A stretch of 64,000 bases of DNA from Thermodesulfobacteriota bacterium (lineage in GTDB: Bacteria; Desulfobacterota_D; UBA1144; Nemesobacterales; Mycalebacteriaceae). Of the stretch, positions 30,112 to 39,920 are shown one piece after another. A program made the position numbers and the translations under genes. Position 1 is the stretch's first letter. The number at the start of each line of letters is the position of its first letter. The stretch spans positions 256,001 to 320,000 of the forward strand of contig CBDAQI010000001.1 of the NCBI GenBank assembly GCA_965198945.1. The letters are read 5' to 3'. The notes under the pieces were generated by a model. That model saw only the letters and a program-made list of their open reading frames with translations, did no database searches and had not been told where the DNA came from.

Positions 30112-30466
30112 GAGCGCCTTTCAGGGTGTCCAGAGCAAGTGTTGAACATCTGGGGCGACGCACGACAATTTCTTTGCCTAAAATCTCAATCATATTCTCC
30201 CTCTTCATTAAAGATATTTCTTCGGGCTTTTTCCCGGCAATTTTCTCATAAAGAAGGGAGGCGGAAGCCTGACTGACCATGCACCCTTCACCCTCAAAAC
30301 TGACGCTCCCAACCGTGTCGCCGTCCATTTTGACATAAACGGTTATAGTGTCACCACAACCCGAATTGCCGCCGCTGCGGACAAAGTCCGCCTCACGCAT
30401 GGGGCCGGAGTTTCTCGGTTTTTCGTAATGATCCATGAGCATATCCATTAGTTCGTGGTGGATCAT
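30074..30466 (-). CDS. SufU/IscU-type scaffold or sulfur-transfer protein
   Basis: DHYEKPRNSG, NSGCGD, GEGCMVSQASAS, RPRC. Confidence 0.88.
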   Translation of the reverse strand: MIHHELMDMLMDHYEKPRNSGPMREADFVRSGGNSGCGDTITVYVKMDGDTVGSVSFEGEGCMVSQASASLLYEKIAGKKPEEISLMKRENMIEILGKEIVVRRPRCSTLALDTLKGALMEAQNERNRRR

Positions 30467-30469
30467 TTA

Positions 30470-30889
30470 TCAGTTCCGGGCTTTTTCCCCGACCTCTTTC
30501 TTTATTCTCGCATATACGGCTCCGAGCCCATACATGCGTCTTGTTCCGAGTTTTGTGTCAAGGCCGAGCCGGTTCAGGATATCCACCGGAGCGCCGATGA
30601 CCTCCTCAGGTGATACGCCCGTGAAAGCGTCAACAAGAATTGACACAAAACCGCGAACCGTGGGAGACTCTTCCGGAACGTGCGCGTATATTTCAACCTT
30701 GCCCCCGTTGACTTCAACCCACAAAAAAACCGGCGTTTCGCATTCGGGAACCTTGTTGCCGGGATTCTCAAGAAGAGGAAGGTATTTCCCCGGAAGCGGC
30801 GGAAGGCTGTCTGAATAGTCTACTAAAATATCAAGCGTGGTTTGAAAATCGGAATTTCTGAACTGTTCAACAATATCAGTAAGTCCCAT
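30470..30889 (-). CDS. sufE: SufE family sulfur acceptor
   Basis: KVPECETPVFLW, ESPTVRGF, RMYGL. Confidence 0.85.
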   Translation of the reverse strand: MGLTDIVEQFRNSDFQTTLDILVDYSDSLPPLPGKYLPLLENPGNKVPECETPVFLWVEVNGGKVEIYAHVPEESPTVRGFVSILVDAFTGVSPEEVIGAPVDILNRLGLDTKLGTRRMYGLGAVYARIKKEVGEKARN

Positions 30890-30890
30890 T

Positions 30891-31733
30891 TCACCTCTCT
30901 ACCGGAGCCCGCACGAGGTTGCCCCATTCCGTCCACGAACCGTCATAGTTTCTAACGTTTTCGTAACCCAGAAGGTAAGTGAGAACAAACCATGTGTGCG
31001 AAGACCTTTCTCCTATTCTGCAATAGACCACAAGGTCATCATCGGAACTCAGATTCTGTTCGTTCTGGTATATTTCGGCAAGCTCTTCGGCAGACTTGAA
31101 AGTGCCGTTTTCGTTTGCCGCGCGCGCCCAGGGAACATTGCTTGCTCCGGGAATGTGCCCGCCCCTGAGACAACCTTCCTGAGGGTAAGCCTCCATATGA
31201 AGAAGCTCACCGCTAAACTCCTTCGGAGAGCGGACGTCCACCAGCGCTCCGCCCGAAGACATATGCTCAAAAACTTCATCACGGAAAGCCCTTATGGACT
31301 CATCAATTTTTCCGACTTTGTATTGAGTTTTCGGGAGTTCGGGAACTTCTCTTGTCAACTCCCTTTTTTCATCCACCCATTTCTTTCTTCCGCCGTTCAT
31401 TATAAGGCAGTTCTTATGTCCCATAACTTTGAAAGTCCAGAATGCGTAGCATGCCCACCAGTTGCTTTTGTCTCCGTAGAAAACCACTTTTGAATCGTTT
31501 GATATGCCTTTTTCAGACATAAGTTTTTCAAAATTTTCGGCCGCAAGATAGTCTCTGACTACCTGATCCTGCAGTTCGGTCTGCCAGTCAAGTTTAATTG
31601 CGCCGGGAATATGGCCGATTTCATAGAGCAGAACATCCTCGTCAGACTCAATAACCACAATGCCGTCATCGTCTTTGTGGTCTTCAACCCACTGCGTGGA
31701 AACAAGAACTTCGGGATTTTTGTATTCAGCCAT
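30891..31733 (-). CDS. Tandem-domain rhodanese / thiosulfate sulfurtransferase (SseA/CysA-like)
   Basis: LVSTQWV, two GHIPGA, active-site [19 protein letters not shown]. Confidence 0.93.
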   Translation of the reverse strand: MAEYKNPEVLVSTQWVEDHKDDDGIVVIESDEDVLLYEIGHIPGAIKLDWQTELQDQVVRDYLAAENFEKLMSEKGISNDSKVVFYGDKSNWWACYAFWTFKVMGHKNCLIMNGGRKKWVDEKRELTREVPELPKTQYKVGKIDESIRAFRDEVFEHMSSGGALVDVRSPKEFSGELLHMEAYPQEGCLRGGHIPGASNVPWARAANENGTFKSAEELAEIYQNEQNLSSDDDLVVYCRIGERSSHTWFVLTYLLGYENVRNYDGSWTEWGNLVRAPVER

Positions 31734-31863
31734 TATTACTCCTTAATGGATTTTTCTGCGCTGCCGCCCGCGGCGACGGCGGACTGTGAATAATAACACA
31801 CTGCGACCGCAATTCAATTGCCCAAACGGGCGCAATATAATAGAATTATCCTCGGAAGAGACA

Positions 31864-32337
31864 ATGGTGAAAGGAAAAGGCCTGGGACAAATTCCCGTCA
31901 GCGAAATGATAAAAAACCGTGAGGTTTTCTACTCCGTAAGTGCGGACGACACGGCAAGAGGAGCCGCGGAGACACTGAGGCGGCTGAAAATCCGTGCGAC
32001 CGGAGTTCTGGAAGATGAAAAACTGGTGGGAGTTATCAGCCACTATGATGTTTCAACAAAAATCGTGGTTGAAGGAAAAGATCCCTCCGAGACAAAAGTC
32101 AGAAACATAATGACCCGTGATGTCATAAAGGTCAATCTCATTCAAACTTTCTCCGAGTGCCTTGAACTAGTTGAAAAGCACAATATTTCACACCTTGTCG
32201 TTGAAGACAGAAATGGAAATTACTACGGGGTTCTGTCATGCAGAGACATGCAGAGAAAGATGCTCGAAAATCTTAAATCCCAGCTTGAAATAACCTGGGA
32301 ATATGCTTTCGGTCCCAGTCCGTCAAAACGCGGCTGA
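31864..32337 (+). CDS. CBS-pair protein
   Basis: Two CBS motifs (KLVGVISHYD...VRNIMTRDV; ISHLVV...GVLSCRD). Confidence 0.85.
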   Translation: MVKGKGLGQIPVSEMIKNREVFYSVSADDTARGAAETLRRLKIRATGVLEDEKLVGVISHYDVSTKIVVEGKDPSETKVRNIMTRDVIKVNLIQTFSECLELVEKHNISHLVVEDRNGNYYGVLSCRDMQRKMLENLKSQLEITWEYAFGPSPSKRG

Positions 32338-32356
32338 GCAGAAAAAGGGAGGAAAA

Positions 32357-32524
32357 ATGTCTGAAGAAACGGAAAACGCAAAAGAGAAAAAAGAGGTCGT
32401 ATTCGGTCAGCTCCGGGTTCCAAACATTAAAAAGGGCTACAACCCGAACTATCCTTTTTATATGATGGGTATCTTTGTCGTGCTCATTGTTTTAAGCGCT
32501 CTTTTTGCTCTGGCTACGGACTGA
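32357..32524 (+). CDS. Small single-pass membrane protein (55 aa)
   Basis: GGGAGG RBS, ATG 32357, C-terminal hydrophobic helix FYMMGIFVVLIVLSALFALA. Confidence 0.65.
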   Translation: MSEETENAKEKKEVVFGQLRVPNIKKGYNPNYPFYMMGIFVVLIVLSALFALATD

Positions 32525-32527
32525 AAT

Positions 32528-35368
32528 TCACTTTCTGATACAGCCCGAGACAATTTCGGCAAAATGAACCGGTTGCCTGCCGGAAAAATGTCTTATCTGC
32601 TCCATGCAGGAAATCCCCGTGGCACAGACAAGGGAGTTTTTTTCAAGTTTTTCAATTGCGGGCAGAAGCCTGTCTTCCGCGATTTTTTTTGAAATACCGT
32701 AGTGTTTTTTCTCGTAACCGAAACCACCAGCCATCCCGCAGCATCCGGCTCCCGAATCAACGGCATCAAACCCCAGAGCGCTTAAGACCGGCTGCAGCCC
32801 GCAGTCCGGGCGGGCGGCTTTGCTGTGGCAATGCGTGTGGGTAAGAACGGGCGCGCGGGGAGGTTCTATTTTTGCCGCAAGGGCGGCGGAATGTTCCCCC
32901 ACAAATTCCTCAAGAGTGAAAAACATCCCCGCGACCGTCTCGTGTTTTCCGCCCGGGGGCAGAATGTCGGAATAGTCATCCCTGAACATTGAGACACAAC
33001 TCGGCTCGGTTCCGATTATCGGTATTCCCGCGCTTGCGTGCCGGTGCAGAACACCGATGTTGATTTCAGCATTTGCGCGCGCTTTATCAATCATGCCGCG
33101 GCTCATCATCGGTCTGCCGCAGCAGACTCTTTTGTTTTCAATGATGACTTCATAGCCAAGCGTCTCAAGAATGTTGACGGCTCCAATCCCCGCCGCCGGA
33201 TTGTAAAATTCAGCCCAGGTGTCATGAAAATAGACGGCTTTTTTACCCGTCCCGGAAATTGAACCGGCGCCCTTTTTCCTTTGCAAAAACCAGTCGCTGA
33301 ATTTTTCATCTGACAGGCGGGGCAACCGTCTGCGGGAGTCCATACCCACAAGCCCGAGCGCATAGTCCGCAATACCGCCGCGCAGAGCAAAATTCACAAA
33401 CCGCGAAGCCTTTGACATCAAAGATGAGATGCTGTGAATATCCGAAAAAATTCTGTCAGCGGCTGAAAACCCCGGAGAAGAACCGCGCAGGGCGAGAAAT
33501 TCCGTTTTCATTTTCGCCACATCAACGGATGACGGGCATTCGGTTTTACACGCTTTGCATCCCACGCACAGGCTGAAAACCTCTTCCGCCTCGTCGCTCA
33601 AAAGAAAATCCGCGTCAACCTCTCCGTTGAGCGCGGCACGCAAAAGATTTGCACGCGCCCTTGTCGTGTGCGCCTCATCGAGGGTCGCCATAAAAGACGG
33701 GCACATTGCGCCGTCGGTTTTTCTGCAAACTCCCTGCCCGTTGCATATGTCAATCGCGGATGCGATTCCCTCATCGCCCCATTCAAGAAGCGGCGAAATG
33801 CGGGACGAGTCGCCTCTCGTCCGGTTTCTTATATTTTCCTTCACATCGTTTGAGCAGTTCACAACCTTGCCCGGATTGAAAACATTTCCGGGGTCAAAGA
33901 TATTTTTTAAATCCGTCATAGCACCGTAAATCTCAGCCCCGAAAAGCCGCTCGTTCAGATGGCTTCTCTGCAGACCGTCTCCGTGTTCTCCGCTCATAAC
34001 GCCACCGTATTTGAGAGCAAGCCCAAGCGCAGCGTCTGACACTTCTTCCATAATCGCGGCGCCTTTTTCCGTTGAAAGATCTATAAGCGGACGGACATGA
34101 AGACATCCGGCGCTTGCATGAGCATAGAAACCCGCTTTGAGACCGAGAGATGAAAAAACCTCCGATATTTCGCGCGTATATGCGGCGAGGAACGGAACCG
34201 GAACCGACACGTCTTCAATGCACGGAACGGGCTTTGCGGCGGAGCGGGAACTCATTAAAAGGCCGAGCCCCGCGGTACGCACTCCCCACACTTTTGCCTG
34301 TTCATCACGGGAAACAGCAAGCCCCTTTTCACACCGGAGCCCTTTTTCATTCAGGGAACCAACAAAATTTTGCGCTTTTGAGCGACATTCATCGGCTGTT
34401 TTTCCGAAAAACTCAACCGCGAGAACCGCTTCGGGCGCTCCGTTTACAAATGAAAGAAGATGCGAAAAACCGCCGTGTTTTCTCGTAAGCCCGATAAGCA
34501 TCCCGTCTATGAGCTCAACGGCGGAGGGGTTGCTTTCAAGAAGCAGCGGAACGGATTCAATCGCGCTGAGAAGGTTGTCAAACTGCAAAACGGCGAGTGC
34601 CGTATGCGCCGGTTTTTCAACAAGTTTGAGCGTAAGCTCGGTCGTAATTCCAAATGTTCCTTCGGATGATGCGAAAAGTTTTGCGGGGTTGAAAGTGTCA
34701 TCAAGCAGATAGTTAAGTGAATAACCCGAAGCCCTGCGCCAGTGTTTTGGAAACTTTTCAGCGACAAGTTCACGGTTTGCGTATCTGTATTGCAGAAGAG
34801 TGCTGAAAAGCGCCATATCGGAACAGCCGGAAGATGAAAAAGAAACTTCCTCACCCGTGTGAAGGACTGATTTGAGCGAGGTAACATTGTCTCCCGCCAT
34901 TCCGTAGACAATTGAGTGTGCTCCCGTTCCGTTGCTCGCCACAACCCCGCCGGCCGTGGCAACTTTTGCGCTTGCGGGATCGGGACCAAACATCAGACCC
35001 TTTTCCGCCGCTATGGAGTTGAGCCGCCCGACACAAATTCCCGGACGGACGGTTGCGGTTTTGTTTTCGGCGTCAATTCCAATGACTCCGTCCATGTATT
35101 TGGACATATCAACGGCAATTCCACTTCCGAGACACTGCCCGGCAAGCCCCGTTCCGCCGCCGCGCGGAAGGATTGAGACACCTAATTCCCCGGCGATTTT
35201 AACAGTTTCGGCAACATCCTCCGCCGTGCGGGGAATTACAACACCGAGAGGCTCAACACTGTAGTTGCTCGCATCTGTTGAGTAAAGAATACGGTCTATT
35301 TTGCGGAAACGGACTTCGGAGTTTGTGCGAGATAAGAGGGTTTTTGCGAGGTCGGTTGAGAGAGGCAT
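32528..35368 (-). CDS. FAD-linked oxidase fused to 4Fe-4S and CCG domains (GlcD/GlcF, YdiJ-like 2-hydroxyacid dehydrogenase)
   Basis: YSTDASNY, PRGGGTGLAGQ, HASAGCLHVRP, SGEHGDG, CNGQGVC, CVGCKACKTECP, CCGMAG. Confidence 0.9.
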   Translation of the reverse strand: MPLSTDLAKTLLSRTNSEVRFRKIDRILYSTDASNYSVEPLGVVIPRTAEDVAETVKIAGELGVSILPRGGGTGLAGQCLGSGIAVDMSKYMDGVIGIDAENKTATVRPGICVGRLNSIAAEKGLMFGPDPASAKVATAGGVVASNGTGAHSIVYGMAGDNVTSLKSVLHTGEEVSFSSSGCSDMALFSTLLQYRYANRELVAEKFPKHWRRASGYSLNYLLDDTFNPAKLFASSEGTFGITTELTLKLVEKPAHTALAVLQFDNLLSAIESVPLLLESNPSAVELIDGMLIGLTRKHGGFSHLLSFVNGAPEAVLAVEFFGKTADECRSKAQNFVGSLNEKGLRCEKGLAVSRDEQAKVWGVRTAGLGLLMSSRSAAKPVPCIEDVSVPVPFLAAYTREISEVFSSLGLKAGFYAHASAGCLHVRPLIDLSTEKGAAIMEEVSDAALGLALKYGGVMSGEHGDGLQRSHLNERLFGAEIYGAMTDLKNIFDPGNVFNPGKVVNCSNDVKENIRNRTRGDSSRISPLLEWGDEGIASAIDICNGQGVCRKTDGAMCPSFMATLDEAHTTRARANLLRAALNGEVDADFLLSDEAEEVFSLCVGCKACKTECPSSVDVAKMKTEFLALRGSSPGFSAADRIFSDIHSISSLMSKASRFVNFALRGGIADYALGLVGMDSRRRLPRLSDEKFSDWFLQRKKGAGSISGTGKKAVYFHDTWAEFYNPAAGIGAVNILETLGYEVIIENKRVCCGRPMMSRGMIDKARANAEINIGVLHRHASAGIPIIGTEPSCVSMFRDDYSDILPPGGKHETVAGMFFTLEEFVGEHSAALAAKIEPPRAPVLTHTHCHSKAARPDCGLQPVLSALGFDAVDSGAGCCGMAGGFGYEKKHYGISKKIAEDRLLPAIEKLEKNSLVCATGISCMEQIRHFSGRQPVHFAEIVSGCIRK

Positions 35369-35457
35369 TGTCAGTCAAAGTTTAACTGACAAAGCTGTCC
35401 GGAAGCTTGTAATACTTATGGCTTGTTTTATAAGGTGTGGAAAAATTGGTTCTTTAA

Positions 35458-35516
35458 TTAAACCACCCCTGTGCCACCATTTCATCCGCAACTTTGTTGG
35501 AGTCGGCTATGTTCAC
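35458..35516 (-). repeat. Degenerate copy of the last 20 codons of gdhA
   Basis: Aligns to 36009-36068 at 50/60 positions with one gap, same orientation. Confidence 0.85.
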
Positions 35517-35524
35517 CATACTCC

Positions 35525-35740
35525 CTAAAGTTTTTCCTTAAACTCATCAACCGAAATACCCGCATCCTTTACTATTGCCCCCATTGTGTATGAATTAATC
35601 GGATTTTTTCTGGGAATAACAAGGTCATCAACACCATTGGACATTATGGTGTGTTTCCTACCCTCTCTGACAATGGAAAATCCGCACTTTTGTAAGGCAC
35701 GAACCGCGCGTCGGTGGTTCACTCCGGAAATTTTGGACAA
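35525..35740 (-). CDS. hicA: HicA family mRNA interferase toxin
   Basis: RALQKCGFSIVREGRKHTIM with catalytic His; GAIVKDAGISVDEF. Confidence 0.88.
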   Translation of the reverse strand: MSKISGVNHRRAVRALQKCGFSIVREGRKHTIMSNGVDDLVIPRKNPINSYTMGAIVKDAGISVDEFKEKL

Positions 35741-35742
35741 TC

Positions 35743-35943
35743 TTACACCGCCGCAATTTCAACTTCATGAATTTCGCTTTCTTCATCCTTCTCTTGAAGA
35801 AAAGCAATATATTCCTGAATTGCATCGGCAATGTTCTCAAGGGCATCCTCTTTTGTCTTGCCTTGAGAATGACATCCACGAAATGCGGGACAGGATACGC
35901 TGTATCCTTCATCAGACTTTCTAATAACAACTTTGTATTTCAT
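35743..35943 (-). CDS. hicB: Short HicB family antitoxin without DNA-binding domain (66 aa)
   Basis: YSVSCPAFRGCHSQGKTKEDALENIADAI; ATG at 35943. Confidence 0.88.
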   Translation of the reverse strand: MKYKVVIRKSDEGYSVSCPAFRGCHSQGKTKEDALENIADAIQEYIAFLQEKDEESEIHEVEIAAV

Positions 35944-36008
35944 AATATGCTCTTCCAAAAGACACCTTATTATAATGTAGGTTAGGCGACCAGACAGCAA
36001 TAGACAAA

Positions 36009-37358
36009 TCAAACCACCCCTTGCGCCACCATTGCATCCGCAACCTTTTTGAAACCGGCTATGTTCGCTCCGGCCACATAGTCAAGCTTTCTGCCTTTTT
36101 TGCCGAACTCAAGGCACCTTTCATGAATGCCGACCATAATGTCTCTCAGTTTTTCCTCAACCTCTTCGCGGCTCCAGAAAAGTTTCATGCTGTTCTGGGT
36201 CATCTCAAGTCCCGAAACCGCCACGCCTCCCGCGTTACAAGCTTTTGCGGGAGCAAGCAGAACACCGGCTTTCTGAAAAATGTGAACCGCCTCAAGGTCG
36301 CAGGGCATATTGGCTCCCTCACCGACGACTTTCACACCGTTCTTGACAAGAATACTTGCGTCCGTTCCCAAAAGCTCATTCTGTGTCGCGGAGGGAAACG
36401 CCACATTGCACTTGACGCCCCACGGTGTTTTGCCTTTGTAAAATCTGCATTTGAATTTTTTCGCATATTCGCTTATGCGTCCGCGCCTGTTGTTTTTCAA
36501 ATCCATAACCCACGCGAGTTTTTCGGGTGTTATTCCAGCGGGGTCGTGTATAAAACCGTCCGAATCAGACATCGTAACCGCCTTGCCGCCAAGCTGGTTG
36601 ACCTTCTCAACCGTGTATTGGGCCACATTTCCGGAACCTGACACAACACAGGTTTTACCTTCAATGTCGTCGCCTGCGGCTTTGAGGATCTCCCGGACAA
36701 AAAATACGCTTCCGTAACCGGTTGCCTCGGGACGGATCAGACTGCCGCCGAATGATATGCCCTTTCCGGTCAGAACTCCCGTGAACTTGCCAGAAATACG
36801 CCTGTGCTGACCAAACATGTAGCCGATTTCACGCCCGCCGACCCCTATGTCTCCGGCGGGAACATCCACATCCTCGCCGACGTGTCTGGCAAGTTCAGTC
36901 ATAAACGCCTGACAAAACCTCATAACCTCTCCGTCAGACTTTCCGCGCGGATTGAAGTCGCTTCCGCCCTTGCCGCCGCCCATCGGAAGACCGGTCAAAC
37001 TGTTTTTGAAAATCTGCTCAAACGCCAGAAACTTCATAACACTCAGACTGACGGACGGATGAAAGCGCAGCCCGCCTTTGTAGGGCCCTATTACCCCGCT
37101 GAACTGAACCCTGTATCCGCGGTTTGTGCGGATGTTTCCATCGTCGTCCTCCCAGCAAACACGGAATGACACTATTCTGTCAGGCTCGGTAAGACGCTCA
37201 ATAATCTGTTTTTTTATGTAAACGGGATTCTTTGATATAAAGGGAATAAGAGATTCGGAAACCTCTCTTACGGCCTGATGAAATTCATGCTCACCGGGAT
37301 TTCTGCGTTCAACCCCGCCCATAAAGCCTTTGAGATTAAGAGACAGTCTTGCCGCCAT
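36009..37358 (-). CDS. gdhA: NADP-specific glutamate dehydrogenase
   Basis: EFHQAVREV, GPYKGGLRFH, GGGKGGSDF, DVPAGDIGVG, RPEATGYG, GSGNVA, GANIAGF. Confidence 0.96.
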   Translation of the reverse strand: MAARLSLNLKGFMGGVERRNPGEHEFHQAVREVSESLIPFISKNPVYIKKQIIERLTEPDRIVSFRVCWEDDDGNIRTNRGYRVQFSGVIGPYKGGLRFHPSVSLSVMKFLAFEQIFKNSLTGLPMGGGKGGSDFNPRGKSDGEVMRFCQAFMTELARHVGEDVDVPAGDIGVGGREIGYMFGQHRRISGKFTGVLTGKGISFGGSLIRPEATGYGSVFFVREILKAAGDDIEGKTCVVSGSGNVAQYTVEKVNQLGGKAVTMSDSDGFIHDPAGITPEKLAWVMDLKNNRRGRISEYAKKFKCRFYKGKTPWGVKCNVAFPSATQNELLGTDASILVKNGVKVVGEGANMPCDLEAVHIFQKAGVLLAPAKACNAGGVAVSGLEMTQNSMKLFWSREEVEEKLRDIMVGIHERCLEFGKKGRKLDYVAGANIAGFKKVADAMVAQGVV

Positions 37359-38577
37359 CGGAACCTCCTGAAACTGTGTTTATTTCCGCGTCAAATTTTT
37401 TCAAAATTCCGTAAACGGTGTTTCTCTCTGCGGGAATCCGGCCTATTTCGCGCGTGAGGCGGCGGAATTCTTCGGGTGGAAAATACTGACCGTAGCTTGC
37501 GCCCGCGAAACGCGAAATCTGCTCTTCCATAAGCGTTCCGCCAAAATCGTTCGCGCCGGCGGTCAGTGAAAACTGCGCAAATTCAGGCCCCTGCTTAACC
37601 CATGAAACTTGAATATTATCTATCCAGCCGCGCAGAAAAAGACGCGAAACGGCATACATTTTCAGTTGGTGGAGGTCTGTCGGCCCCTCGTGAACCTTGC
37701 CTTTTGAATTTTTGAAAATCCGTGTCTCCCACGGAATAAAACGGAGCGGAACAAATTCCGTGAACCCGCCCGTGTTTTTCTGTATGTCGCGCAGAACACC
37801 GAGGTGGATTGACCAGTGGCGCGGCTCATCAAGGTGGCCATACATTATGGTTGAAGTGGTTTTCATTCCCGCTTCATGGATCTTTTCAACAACCCGTATC
37901 CAAACCTCGGTCGGAATTTTGCGCGGAGCGATTTTTTTCCTCACATCTTCAACAAGCACTTCCGCGGCCGTGCCCGGAAAAGTGTTATGGCCGGCATCCT
38001 TGAGCATATTGATAAAATCAGTCTCCTCAATCCCCAGAGTGTCAGCCCCATACCAGACTTCGTAGGGGGAAAACGCGTGCGTGTGCATATCAGGAACCGC
38101 GTTTTTAACATTTTTGATTAAATCCACATAGTAGTTCCCGTCTATTTTGGGATGCATTCCGCCCTGCATGCAAACCTCTGTCGCGCCGATTTCCCAGGCC
38201 TCTTTTGTTTTGTCGGCAATCTCATCCATTGAAAGAAAATAAGCCCTTTCGTCTCCCTCAGGAGCCATAAAATTGCAAAACCCGCAATAGACATCGCAGA
38301 TATTGGTGAAATTTATGTTCCGGTTCACAACATATGTTATGACCTCTCCCACATCTTCTTTTCTTATGTTGTCCGCGGCGATTGCGAGAGCCGCTACCTC
38401 ATCGGGTTTTCGGGCGGCAAAAAGCGTGTCCGCTTCGGGAACTGAAATTTCTTTTGATTCAAGTGATTTGCCAATAATGGCGGCGATACCCGAATCTATG
38501 CGTGACAGACACGCCTCAACGCCCGATGCGCGTCTGTCATTTATCAAATCAATCAAATCTTTGAGCTGTTCTGACAT
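37336..38577 (-). CDS. cofH: FO synthase subunit CofH (radical SAM)
   Basis: VVNRNINFTNICDVYCGFC, ATEVCMQGG, PGTAAE, GGFTEFVPLRF, NIQVSWVK, GANDFGGTLMEE; adjacent to cofG. Confidence 0.85.
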   Translation of the reverse strand: MSEQLKDLIDLINDRRASGVEACLSRIDSGIAAIIGKSLESKEISVPEADTLFAARKPDEVAALAIAADNIRKEDVGEVITYVVNRNINFTNICDVYCGFCNFMAPEGDERAYFLSMDEIADKTKEAWEIGATEVCMQGGMHPKIDGNYYVDLIKNVKNAVPDMHTHAFSPYEVWYGADTLGIEETDFINMLKDAGHNTFPGTAAEVLVEDVRKKIAPRKIPTEVWIRVVEKIHEAGMKTTSTIMYGHLDEPRHWSIHLGVLRDIQKNTGGFTEFVPLRFIPWETRIFKNSKGKVHEGPTDLHQLKMYAVSRLFLRGWIDNIQVSWVKQGPEFAQFSLTAGANDFGGTLMEEQISRFAGASYGQYFPPEEFRRLTREIGRIPAERNTVYGILKKFDAEINTVSGGSDGGKTVS

Positions 38578-38580
38578 CGG

Positions 38581-39837
38581 TCAGTTCCCTTCCGGTATCA
38601 GACCGCTTTGGTCAATGCGGGATTTAACCATCGCAAGCATTTCAGGTCCGAGAAAATCCGAATTTGCATATTCGGGATAAACGGGGAGCCGCTCTCTGAG
38701 TTCAAATCCCAGAGACGAAACCTGCCCCCGCATCTCATCAAGCAGCGGCCACGGGGCTTCGGGGTTAACATAGTCAATCGTGAGCGGAGAAATCCCTCCG
38801 AGGTCGTTTATACCGGCCGGTATGAATTTTGAATATGTTGCACCGTTGAGGTTCGGCGGTATCTGAATGTTCATCTCTCCGCCGAAAATAAGGCGGGCGA
38901 GCGCAACGGTTTTAAGCATTTCGGTGAACTCCGGAGGAGGGAAATTCTCCATGGAGATGCCGTCTTTGGGGCTGAAGTTCTGAACTATAATTTCCTGAAT
39001 ATGCCCGTGGCGGTCGGACATCTCTTTGAGCCCGAAAAGTGAGTCAACCCTTTCGCGGCGGGTCTCTCCTATGCCGACAAGTATTCCGCTTGTCCATGGG
39101 ATTTTGAGCCTGCCCGCGTGTTCCATCGTCTCCATTCTGAGTTTTGGCACCTTGTCCGCGCAGCGGTGGTGCGCCTGCCCCTTTTTCAGCAGACGGGGGC
39201 TTATATTTTCAAGCATAAGACCCATGCTTGGGTTGCTTTTCTTGAGACGGGAAAGCTCTTCGGGAGTGGCAAGACCGAGATTTGAATGAGGGAAAATTCC
39301 GTGTCCTATCACAGACTCGCAGACTTCGGCCAGATATTCCGCTGTTGTTGAGCATCCGGCCACGCCGAGTTTTTCCCTGTATTGCGGGTAGACCGCTTCG
39401 GGCTTGTCTCCGAGAACGAAAAGCAGCTCCGTGCATCCGAGTTCCGCGCCTTTCCGCGCGATTTCATCCACCTCATCGGGACTGACAAGAAGTTCCGCCT
39501 CTCCCGGCTCTATCTTGAAAGTGCAGTATCCGCAATGGTTTCTGCAAAGACGGGTCAGCGGAACAAAAACATTTTTAGAGTATGTGAGTCTCCTCCCATG
39601 GGAGCGAATCGCAAGAAAAGACGCCGCGCTCAAAAGTGCGGGAATCTGCTCGTCCGGCATTTCGGCAAGAAGAAGCGCATCTTCCGGCTCCGGGCCTCTT
39701 GTGACGGCGTTTTCGCAAATACGCTCTATGTTCGGGTCGGGAGCCGGCACGGCTGTCCCGTCCAGTCCGGCAATCTGCGCCATAAACTCAAGACGCGAGC
39801 GGTCAAAAATCTCATTTTCCGAACACTCAAACCCCAT
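38581..39837 (-). CDS. cofG: FO synthase subunit CofG (radical SAM)
   Basis: TYSKNVFVPLTRLCRNHCGYCTF, SMGLMLE, HIQEIIVQNF, IQIPPNL, GINDLGGISPLTIDYVNPEAPWP, ERLPVYP. Confidence 0.88.
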   Translation of the reverse strand: MGFECSENEIFDRSRLEFMAQIAGLDGTAVPAPDPNIERICENAVTRGPEPEDALLLAEMPDEQIPALLSAASFLAIRSHGRRLTYSKNVFVPLTRLCRNHCGYCTFKIEPGEAELLVSPDEVDEIARKGAELGCTELLFVLGDKPEAVYPQYREKLGVAGCSTTAEYLAEVCESVIGHGIFPHSNLGLATPEELSRLKKSNPSMGLMLENISPRLLKKGQAHHRCADKVPKLRMETMEHAGRLKIPWTSGILVGIGETRRERVDSLFGLKEMSDRHGHIQEIIVQNFSPKDGISMENFPPPEFTEMLKTVALARLIFGGEMNIQIPPNLNGATYSKFIPAGINDLGGISPLTIDYVNPEAPWPLLDEMRGQVSSLGFELRERLPVYPEYANSDFLGPEMLAMVKSRIDQSGLIPEGN

Positions 39838-39920
39838 AAAATCTCCGCAAGCGGGAAGTGAGCTGATTATAATGTATAATTGCCGAATAATAAAAGAGTT
39901 TCCCGAACTATTAACTGAAC

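Noticed and set aside
37336..38577. MqnC/MqnE futalosine-pathway enzyme
   Set aside because: Direct adjacency to a clear CofG, plus CofH-type motifs, favours FO synthase.
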